From: Candidatus Omnitrophota bacterium
GTDB lineage: Bacteria; Omnitrophota; Gorgyraeia; Gorgyraeales; Gorgyraeaceae
Reading direction: 5' to 3'
DNA: 55,119 nucleotides
Assembly (NCBI GenBank): GCA_041653835.1
Contig: JBAZEP010000007.1
Span: 1 to 55,119 of the forward strand
Shown: positions 48,078 through 55,119 of the stretch, piece by piece
Position numbering within the stretch: position 1 is the first letter of the stretch
Layout of the letters: each line of letters opens with the position of its first letter
Notes under the pieces: model-generated
Told to the model about the DNA's origin: nothing
What the model saw: only the letters and a program-made list of their open reading frames with translations
Databases searched by the model: none
Made by a program: the position numbers and the translations under genes

Positions 48078-48190
48078 CTTCTCGACTTTGCTAACGTATT
48101 ATGCCTTCACGTCTGCTCGAAGAATATTGTGTCCATTCCAATATTGTTCGAGCAGAAATATTGCGTATACACGTAACCTTGGTCGAGAAC
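48078..48190. repeat. Palindromic repeat copy 2 (upstream of GIY-YIG gene)
   Basis: C-TTCTCGACT-[25 nt]-CTGCTCGAAGAATATTG-tgtccattc-CAATATTGTTCGAGCAG-[25 nt]-GGTCGAGAA-C. Confidence 0.9.
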
Positions 48191-48201
48191 CTTCATATCC
48201 G

Positions 48202-49131
48202 CTAGGAAGATCTAAACCATTCTATTGTATCTCTTAATCCTTTTTCCAGGTCAATCTTCGGCTCCCATTGCAAGAGTTTACGCGCTCTTGTAATATCAGG
48301 CTGACGGAGCTTAGGGTCATCTACGGGAAGAGTATTATAAATAATTTTACTTTTGCTTCCCGTAAACTTAATGATAAGCTTGGCCAAATCTATGATCTTC
48401 AGTTCATGCGGGTTGCCTATATTCACAGGGTCATGGATATCGGATTGGCTTAAACGATATATGCCTTCGACAAGATCTGAGACAAAGCAAAGGGACCTCG
48501 TCTGGCTGCCTTTGCCATAAACAGTGATGGGTTCGTTTTTCAGCGCCTGATTTATAAAATTCGGTATAACCCTGCCGTCGTTCTTCCTCATCCTGGGACC
48601 GTAAGTATTGAAAATACGCACTATCCTGGTGTTGAGCTTGTGGGCGTTATGATATGCCATTGTAATGGCCTCGGCAAAACGCTTTGCCTCGTCATAGACA
48701 CCGCGCGGGCCCACGCAATTCACATTGCCGTAATAAGATTCAGGCTGGGGATTGACCTTTGGGTCGCCATACACTTCCGAAGTGGATGCCAGGAGATATT
48801 TGGCATTTTTAGCCTTAGCCACGCCAAGCGTATTGTGCGTGCCCAATGAACCGACTTTAAGAGTGGGTATCGGATACATCAGATAATCTATAGGACTGGC
48901 GGGCGACGCAAAATGCAGGATAAGGCTGATATCGTCTTTTAGATCTATATGTTCTGATACATTATGCTTTATGAATTTGAAATCCGGGTTTTTCTCAAGG
49001 TGAGAAATATTGGCAAGGCTTCCTGTTATAAGGTTATCCATACAGATAACCTTATGGCCTTCTTTAAGGAACCTGTCGCATAAATGGGAACCGAGAAATC
49101 CTGCCCCGCCGGTGATCAATACGTTTTTCAT
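48202..49131 (-). CDS. uxs: UDP-glucuronate decarboxylase (UDP-xylose synthase)
   Basis: [46 protein letters not shown]. Confidence 0.9.
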   Translation of the reverse strand: MKNVLITGGAGFLGSHLCDRFLKEGHKVICMDNLITGSLANISHLEKNPDFKFIKHNVSEHIDLKDDISLILHFASPASPIDYLMYPIPTLKVGSLGTHNTLGVAKAKNAKYLLASTSEVYGDPKVNPQPESYYGNVNCVGPRGVYDEAKRFAEAITMAYHNAHKLNTRIVRIFNTYGPRMRKNDGRVIPNFINQALKNEPITVYGKGSQTRSLCFVSDLVEGIYRLSQSDIHDPVNIGNPHELKIIDLAKLIIKFTGSKSKIIYNTLPVDDPKLRQPDITRARKLLQWEPKIDLEKGLRDTIEWFRSS

Positions 49132-50102
49132 AGCATCTTAAGCCTTCTCATATCTTCATCCATCATCATCTTGACAAGTTCCTTGAATCTTACTTTAGGT
49201 TTCCAGCCCAATACGCGTTTGGCTTTGGATGAATCTCCTATAAGAAGATTTACTTCGGCCGGCCTGAAAAGTTCCTTATCCTGTTTGATATATTTTTTCC
49301 AGTCAAGGCCCGCGCAGCTGAAAGCAAGCTCGGCAAATTGTTTTACCGTATGGGTTTCTCCGGTAGAAACCACATAATCATCCGGTTTTTCCTGCTGCAG
49401 CATCAGGTACATGGCCTCCACGAAATCGCCCGCGAATCCCCAGTCACGCTTGGCATCCAGATTGCCGAGTTTTAATTCTTTAGCCAGGCCCGCCTTGATG
49501 CGCGCCGCGCCAAGGGTGATCTTACGGGTGACAAATTCATATCCCCGCATGGGAGACTCATGATTGAATAAAATGCCGTTGCAGGCGAAAAGTTTGTACG
49601 ATTCCCTGTAATTCCTGGTAAGTTCGAAGCCGGCGACTTTCGATATCCCGTAAGGGGAACGCGGATAAAAAGGTGTAGACTCTTTCTGCGGTATCTCCCT
49701 TACATTGCCGAACATCTCGGAACTGCCCGCGAAATAGAATTTGCAGTTAGGGGCTTTGTGTTTTATCGCCGACAGTATGTAAAGAGTGCCGTTTATATTG
49801 GTATTTATGGTGGAGAACTCATCCTCGAAAGAATAACTTACGAAACTTTGGGCGGCCAGGTGGTAGCATTCGTCCGGCTTTACTTTCTGGACGATATTAA
49901 AAAGACTGGCGTAGCTTTCCAGGGAACCGGCGTGCAGTTTTATTTTTTTCAGTAAAGGCTTTAACCGCCACAATCTATGGTCAGGGTCTTCCAGGGCTAC
50001 GCGCCGCACTATTCCATGGACCTGATAACCTTTATCCACCAACAACCTGGATAAATACGCCCCGTCCTGGCCCGTAATGCCCGTAATCAACGCCCTTTTC
50101 AT
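49128..50102 (-). CDS. gmd: GDP-mannose 4,6-dehydratase
   Basis: [56 protein letters not shown]. Confidence 0.93.
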   Translation of the reverse strand: MKRALITGITGQDGAYLSRLLVDKGYQVHGIVRRVALEDPDHRLWRLKPLLKKIKLHAGSLESYASLFNIVQKVKPDECYHLAAQSFVSYSFEDEFSTINTNINGTLYILSAIKHKAPNCKFYFAGSSEMFGNVREIPQKESTPFYPRSPYGISKVAGFELTRNYRESYKLFACNGILFNHESPMRGYEFVTRKITLGAARIKAGLAKELKLGNLDAKRDWGFAGDFVEAMYLMLQQEKPDDYVVSTGETHTVKQFAELAFSCAGLDWKKYIKQDKELFRPAEVNLLIGDSSKAKRVLGWKPKVRFKELVKMMMDEDMRRLKML

Positions 50103-51031
50103 TTCACTCCCTTAAAATATTCTATGGCTTTTTTAAGGCCGTCTTCAAAACCTATTTCCGGCTTAAACCCGATGAGTTTTTTGGCTTTGGAGATATCCGC
50201 CAGGGTATGTTTGGCATCGCCCGACCTTATGGGCCCGAACTTCGGTTTTATGTCCTTGCCGAGGATTTTATTGACATATTTTACTATATCCAGCACGCTG
50301 TAAGCCTTGCCGCACGCTATATTGAAAACTTCGCATTTTATGTCCGGAGTAACTGCTGATTTGATATTTGCCTGGACAACATTCGCCACATAAGTGAAAT
50401 CCCGGGTCTGTTTGCCGTCGCCGTGGATAGGAGGCTGTTCGTCTTTAAGTATGCAGGTTATAAACTTTGGGATCACGACCGCGTATTCATTCTCAAGCGA
50501 CTGACGCGGCCCGAATACGTTGAAATACCTGAGATTTACCGTCTCAAGCCCATAAATCCTGCTGAAGATCCTGGAATAATATTCCCCGGCGAGTTTACTG
50601 AGGCCGTATGGGGATATAAGCTGAGGTAAAAAGTCTTCCCTTTCCGGAAGTTTTTCTACCTCCCCATAGATAGAGCTGGAAGAAGCCGTAACTACCCTTT
50701 TGACCTTGGCGTCGCGCGCATGTGTCAGGATATTCAGCGTGCCGTTAATATTTACGTCATTATAAAGTTCAGGGTTTGCCAGTGATTTCGGCACGCTCCT
50801 CAGCGCCGCCTGGTGAAGCACGTAATCAACGCCTTCCATAGCGCCCCGGACAATGTCTTTATCTCTTATATCTCCTTTTACAAGTTCTATTTTATTTAAA
50901 ACACCTGCCAGGTTTTCCATCCTGCCTGAAGAAAAATCATCCAGGACCCTGACTTTATCGTTGTTCGCGACAAGCGCGTCCACTATATGCGAACCTATGA
51001 ACCCCGCCCCGCCCGTAACTAAAAATCTCAT
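50099..51031 (-). CDS. NAD-dependent UDP-HexNAc(A) 4-epimerase (WbpP/TviC-like)
   Basis: GGAGFIGSH, HQAALRSVPKS, ASSSSIYG, SPYGLSK, RYFNVFGPRQ, GDGKQTRDFTYV. Confidence 0.85.
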   Translation of the reverse strand: MRFLVTGGAGFIGSHIVDALVANNDKVRVLDDFSSGRMENLAGVLNKIELVKGDIRDKDIVRGAMEGVDYVLHQAALRSVPKSLANPELYNDVNINGTLNILTHARDAKVKRVVTASSSSIYGEVEKLPEREDFLPQLISPYGLSKLAGEYYSRIFSRIYGLETVNLRYFNVFGPRQSLENEYAVVIPKFITCILKDEQPPIHGDGKQTRDFTYVANVVQANIKSAVTPDIKCEVFNIACGKAYSVLDIVKYVNKILGKDIKPKFGPIRSGDAKHTLADISKAKKLIGFKPEIGFEDGLKKAIEYFKGVK

Positions 51032-51041
51032 ATACCTCTTT

Positions 51042-51105
51042 CTTCTCGACTTCGTTCGCTTTGCTCACTTCGCTCGAAGAATATTGTTCGAGCGAAGTCG
51101 AGAAC
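51042..51105. repeat. Palindromic repeat copy 3 (directly after the dehydrogenase stop codon)
   Basis: C-TTCTCGACT-[18 nt tcgttcgctttgctcact]-TCGCTCGAAGAATATTGTTCGAGCGA-AGTCGAGAA-C. Confidence 0.9.
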
Positions 51106-53864
51106 TATAATTTAATTATATTCTTCGCGTTCCTGAAATTCTTCAACGCGTTGCGCGTGTCAAATACAAGACCCGCGTTATCTAAAATAAATTTATAATC
51201 TATGCCGGAATGGTCCGTGATGATCACTGTTAAATCGCTTATGGAGATATTTTCTTTCGTAAGTTTGACTGTATTTATTTTTTTGCCGTCTATCTGGAAA
51301 CTCGATACCAGGGGATCATGGCAGTAAACATGCGCGCCCTTCTTGATAAGGGAACTTACTATTTCAAGCGCGGGCGATTCCCTGATGTCATTTATATCCT
51401 TTTTATAAGTAACGCCTATTATCAGGATGTTGGACCCCTCAAGGGATTTTTTCTTTTTACTGAGGATGGAAATTATTTTATCCATTACATAATGCGGCAT
51501 ATAAGAATTTATCTCGTCCGCCAGTTCAATAAACCTTGCCTCGAACCCATGCTGTCTCGCCTTCCATGACAGATATAGGGGGTCGAGTGGGATGCAATTA
51601 TGAGAAATTATCCCGTAAGAAGAAACGAACGTATTGGTATCCTCTACTTCAAGTGAATAGACTTTCTTGAGATTTATTTTATTTATACTTTTTATCCTTG
51701 AAGTTACAAATCCTTCATAAGTTTTAAATATTTTGCTTTTTGGGGCCCTGATTTTATTTTTAATATACAGGTCTATTTTTTCATCCTTCCTGCCTGCCAG
51801 CAATCCCTTCAGTTTCATTATATTCTCAAGCCCTGATATATTAATAAGTCCTTTTCGAACTTTAAAAGTAGGCATTATGCCAAGGCTTTGTAAAAGAAAA
51901 ATTACCTGGTGAAAAAGAACAGAGCTGCAGGAAAAATAATTGGCGCTTAATGAATTGGAATTATGCTGATAGAGCTTGCCATTCTTTCTGTAACTCATTT
52001 TTCCGCATTTATAGTCTACTCCTCCATCGCCTCTCAACAGTCCGGCTAAAAGATTTTTTCTATAATTAACGGGAAAACCTAAAAAGGCTTCAGGTATTTT
52101 CATAGAGTGTGAGTTAACGCCGCAGCTTAAAATATCCCTTATCAATATCCCAAAAATATCTGAAGAAGCTTTAATACAGTTCGTATGCCATTTTTTAGAA
52201 TGATATTCGGAATAACGGAGCCCCATCTTATTTAGAATATTTTCAACGTCCTGTATATATTCTTTCTCGTCTCTATTGAATGAAAACCTGGTTCTGGTAG
52301 ATTTATCTACCGTAACGCACCCTTCGCTAAGATAATAACCTATAAGCCTGCAGAAATCTTCGTCTATTAAAATAGAAGCCGGGAATCTTACCTGCGACGG
52401 CCCCCTGCCCGTACATAAAGATAGTTCTTTGGCGGTAACCTCTTTCAGGCTGTTTTTTATTTCCAGATAAATATCAAGGGGTATCTGATTGCATCTGTAA
52501 AAATCATCGTAATTTTTATATTTATCTTTTACCAAAGGAGTAATCAAATTCCTGTATTCTTTCCAGGAAAAACTTTTTGATTCAACACGTATTTTTTTCT
52601 TTATAGGGTTATTGCTGCTTGCAAGGTATTCTATAATATCTATCTCTATAGGTGTATTACCGATTTCTTTTTCTGGAAAGTTATTTATCAGCGGCATTTC
52701 TTCGCCTGGTTTTAAATCTTTCGCAAGTTTAACCGCTAATTTTCCATTTTGCACAAAAAGAGGATGTTTGTCCGTAACCTTTATAGACCTGTTATCCGTT
52801 GTTTTAATCTCTAACGAAACGCCGTCGTATTTGCGCTCCGTAAGGCAATGGACATTTTTAAAAACCAGTTTTCTGGAATTAGGATCGAATGACAAGGTAG
52901 ATATATCTTTAGGAAAGATAAAAAGAACGTCTCTATAATACATCTTTTTTATCTCGGGGGCTTCTTTTAATTCCGCAAAAATTTCTCCGATCCTGGTGAG
53001 TTTTAGGCCTTTTGTATCTTTTATTAATAGAAATTCATCCTCACTTAAACAGTGCCCGCCTATGCCGGGGCCGGGATAAAAGGGCATGAAGCCGAAAGGT
53101 TTTGTCTTCGCGGCGTCTATGATCTCCCAGACATTAAGGCCCATCTTGTGGCACATAAGCGCGAGTTCGTTTACCATGGCTATATTGACGCTGCGGAAGG
53201 TGTTCTCCAGGAGTTTTACCATCTCCGCCGAACGCGTCGAAGACACAGGCACGACCTCTTTTATCGCCTGGGAATATAAAAGCCTGGCGAGCTCTGTACA
53301 TTCAGGCGTTACCCCGCCCACGATCTTGGTGATATCTTTTGTTTTATATTTAGGGTTGCCCGGATCCACCCTCTCAGGAGAGAACGCCAGGAAGAAATCT
53401 TTGCCGACCTTTAAACCGTCCACGTCTAATTTGGGCAGAATGACCTCTTCAGTCGTGCCCGGGTAAGTGGTGCTTTCCAGGATCACGAGCTGGCCTTTCC
53501 TTTTGTTTTTGGCTATTGCCTCGCTCGCCGACAGGATATAAGAAATATCCGGCTCTTTTGTCTTACGCAGAGGCGTAGGAACGCAGATGATAATGGCGTC
53601 CATTTTATTAAGTAGTTTAGTGTCTGTGGTGGCTTTTAATTTGCCGGAAGAAACAAGCTCCTTTACGTCTTTCGCCGGCACATCGAGTATATAAGACTCG
53701 CCTTTATTGATACTGGATACTTTATTCTCATCGTTATCGAAACCCGTGACCTTGAAACCCGCTTTCGCGAATTCCACAGCCAGGGGAAGCCCGACATAGC
53801 CCTGGCCTATGATCCCTATATTAGCCTTTTTATTCTCTATTTTCTTTTTTAATTCGTTAAACAT
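51105..53864 (-). CDS. UDP-N-acetylhexosamine 6-dehydrogenase (WbpA/WecC/TviB family) interrupted by an intein; 434 aa after splicing
   Basis: GQGYVGLP, ICVPTP, ESTTYPGTT, SPERVDPG, KLLENTFR, GPGIGGH|C, YKKDINDIRESPA. Confidence 0.93.
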   Translation of the reverse strand: MFNELKKKIENKKANIGIIGQGYVGLPLAVEFAKAGFKVTGFDNDENKVSSINKGESYILDVPAKDVKELVSSGKLKATTDTKLLNKMDAIIICVPTPLRKTKEPDISYILSASEAIAKNKRKGQLVILESTTYPGTTEEVILPKLDVDGLKVGKDFFLAFSPERVDPGNPKYKTKDITKIVGGVTPECTELARLLYSQAIKEVVPVSSTRSAEMVKLLENTFRSVNIAMVNELALMCHKMGLNVWEIIDAAKTKPFGFMPFYPGPGIGGHCLSEDEFLLIKDTKGLKLTRIGEIFAELKEAPEIKKMYYRDVLFIFPKDISTLSFDPNSRKLVFKNVHCLTERKYDGVSLEIKTTDNRSIKVTDKHPLFVQNGKLAVKLAKDLKPGEEMPLINNFPEKEIGNTPIEIDIIEYLASSNNPIKKKIRVESKSFSWKEYRNLITPLVKDKYKNYDDFYRCNQIPLDIYLEIKNSLKEVTAKELSLCTGRGPSQVRFPASILIDEDFCRLIGYYLSEGCVTVDKSTRTRFSFNRDEKEYIQDVENILNKMGLRYSEYHSKKWHTNCIKASSDIFGILIRDILSCGVNSHSMKIPEAFLGFPVNYRKNLLAGLLRGDGGVDYKCGKMSYRKNGKLYQHNSNSLSANYFSCSSVLFHQVIFLLQSLGIMPTFKVRKGLINISGLENIMKLKGLLAGRKDEKIDLYIKNKIRAPKSKIFKTYEGFVTSRIKSINKINLKKVYSLEVEDTNTFVSSYGIISHNCIPLDPLYLSWKARQHGFEARFIELADEINSYMPHYVMDKIISILSKKKKSLEGSNILIIGVTYKKDINDIRESPALEIVSSLIKKGAHVYCHDPLVSSFQIDGKKINTVKLTKENISISDLTVIITDHSGIDYKFILDNAGLVFDTRNALKNFRNAKNIIKL
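51597..53051 (-). mobile_element. 485-aa intein with LAGLIDADG homing endonuclease (residues 272-756)
   Basis: Block A CLSEDEFLLI; block B VTDKHPLF (TxxH); LAGLIDADG RLIGYYLSEG and LLAGLLRGDG; block F VYSLEVEDTNTF; ends SHN before Cys+1. Removal restores GPGIGGHCIPLDP. Confidence 0.95.
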
Positions 53865-53874
53865 ATTTACATAT

Positions 53875-53906
53875 TCGTAGGGACAGGTCGCGACCTGTCC
53901 CTACGA
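53875..53906. repeat. Perfect 32-bp palindrome, GTAG-type REP-like element
   Basis: TCGTAGGGACAGGTCG CGACCTGTCCCTACGA fills most of the 44-nt gap between rmlB and the dehydrogenase. Confidence 0.8.
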
Positions 53907-53908
53907 TT

Positions 53909-54865
53909 TCATATTTTTAATTTCTGCCACCACGTTGTGTTGGCTTTATACCAGTTTATCGTCTCTTTTATCGCCGCGTTAAAATCCCTGGACGGCTTCC
54001 ATCCTAACTTACAGACCTTTGTGGAATCCAATGAGTAGCGCCTGTCATGGCCTAATCTGTCGGTAACATAGTTTATCATTTTATCGTTTTTTCCCATGAG
54101 TTTCAATATAATCTTTGTAAGTTCTATATTAGGGATCTCGAAACTCCCGCCTATATTATATATCTCGCCGGCCTTGCCTTTATGAAGGACAATATCTATC
54201 GCCGCGCAATTATCCCCTACATACAGCCAGTCCCGGACATTGAGGCCGTCCCCGTACAGGGGCACCTTTTTATTCTGCAAAAGGTTCGTGATAAAAAGCG
54301 GTATTACTTTTTCCGGATACTGGTATGGCCCGAAATTATTGCTCGAGCGCGTGATTATAACAGGCGTCTTGAAGGTCGTATAATAAGCCATTGCCAGGTG
54401 GTCCCCGCCCGCCTTTGCCGCGGAATACGGACTGTTCGGACGAAGCGGGCTTGATTCTTTAAAAGAGCCTTTATTGATACTCCCGTAAACTTCATCCGTC
54501 GAGATGTGAATGACCCTTCTTACATTATGTTTTTTAGCGGCCTCGAGCAAAATATACACGCCGTGAATATTCGTGCGGATAAAATCGGATGCGTTGCTTA
54601 TCGACCTGTCCACATGGGTCTCGGCGGCGAAGTTGATCACGCTGTCGCAGTTTTTTACGAGCTTGTCCACGATCTTCGCGTCGCAGATATCGCCTTTCAC
54701 GAAATCGTAGCGCTTATCTTTTTCGACACCGCTCAGGTTGCACAGATTTCCGCAGTATGTGAGCTTATCGAGATTTACGATCTTGTAAGCCGGGTATTTT
54801 TTCAGGATATGCTTTATGAAATTAGAGCCTATAAAACCACAGCCGCCTGTTACCAGAAGCCTCAT
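53909..54865 (-). CDS. rmlB: dTDP-glucose 4,6-dehydratase
   Basis: [66 protein letters not shown]. Confidence 0.95.
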   Translation of the reverse strand: MRLLVTGGCGFIGSNFIKHILKKYPAYKIVNLDKLTYCGNLCNLSGVEKDKRYDFVKGDICDAKIVDKLVKNCDSVINFAAETHVDRSISNASDFIRTNIHGVYILLEAAKKHNVRRVIHISTDEVYGSINKGSFKESSPLRPNSPYSAAKAGGDHLAMAYYTTFKTPVIITRSSNNFGPYQYPEKVIPLFITNLLQNKKVPLYGDGLNVRDWLYVGDNCAAIDIVLHKGKAGEIYNIGGSFEIPNIELTKIILKLMGKNDKMINYVTDRLGHDRRYSLDSTKVCKLGWKPSRDFNAAIKETINWYKANTTWWQKLKI

Positions 54866-55119
54866 TTTTTATTTGTCCTTGCCACAAGGTTATTGGCGCG
54901 CAAAAGCGCCTCGTGTGTCCCGCAGTCGGACCACCAGCCGTCCATGACCGCGAATGTCATATTCCCGCGTTTGATATACTCGTTATTCACGTCCGTGATC
55001 TCAAGCTCTCCCCTGTCGGAAGGCTTGAGGGTTTTTATTATATCGAATACCTTCCTGTCGTACATGTAAATACCTGTAACGGCGTAGCTGGATTTTGGGT
55101 GTTTGGGTTTTTCCGCTAT
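54862..55119 (-). CDS. Glucose-1-phosphate thymidylyltransferase-like nucleotidyltransferase, C-terminal part (runs off right edge)
   Basis: Frame open to the edge: [21 protein letters not shown]...[14 protein letters not shown]...WSDCGT. Confidence 0.88.
   Translation of the reverse strand: MAEKPKHPKSSYAVTGIYMYDRKVFDIIKTLKPSDRGELEITDVNNEYIKRGNMTFAVMDGWWSDCGTHEALLRANNLVARTNKK

Noticed and set aside
47677-48190. CRISPR array interpretation of the repeats with 25-nt inserts
   Set aside because: Repeats are nested inverted arms rather than tandem direct repeats with regular period, there are too few units, and no cas genes are present.
192-55069. All plus-strand ORFs in the track (e.g. 27558-28121, 44850-45398, 54506-55069, 50853-51110)
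   Set aside because: They are antisense shadows of well-supported minus-strand genes or repeats, with no recognisable motifs.
1-55119. Taxonomic assignment (gene style is reminiscent of uncultured anaerobes such as Omnitrophota)
   Set aside because: No marker gene is in the window; this is an impression only and needs a homology search.

Overview
Almost the whole window (about 1.8-55.1 kb) is one large bacterial surface-polysaccharide locus. It has about 45 tightly packed, often overlapping genes, all on the minus strand, and it runs off the right edge. In transcription order it encodes nucleotide-sugar enzymes (partial RmlA-like, RmlB, a WbpA/WecC-type UDP-HexNAc dehydrogenase split by a 485-aa LAGLIDADG intein, a WbpP-like epimerase, Gmd, Uxs), then export/assembly proteins (Wzi, a 961-aa SLBB/Wza-KpsD-like protein, a short Wzz-like protein). 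About 41 kb of visibly AT-richer tailoring genes follow: nine glycosyltransferases, two Wzx flippases, two Wzy/WaaL-like membrane proteins, six radical-SAM enzymes (four B12-binding, two SPASM), seven SAM methyltransferases, a eukaryote-type UDP-galactopyranose-mutase-like flavoprotein, an SGNH hydrolase, a deacetylase, a CDP-3,6-dideoxy/branched-chain (yersiniose-like) sugar pathway and an AsnB-type amidotransferase. At the left end are a Bro-N protein, a small ORF and a partial XRE-HTH regulator missed by the ORF track. The most unusual signal is a family of nested palindromic repeats (TTCTCGACT...GCTCGAAGAATATT...AATATTGTTCGAGC...AGTCGAGAA). Two copies bracket a lone GIY-YIG nuclease gene, one lies between genes, one half-copy is translated in frame inside asnB, and one copy plus a fragment forms the N-terminus of wzi. 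No rRNA, tRNA, CRISPR array, integrase or transposase was recognised. Product calls come from motif recognition by eye; no database searches were run.
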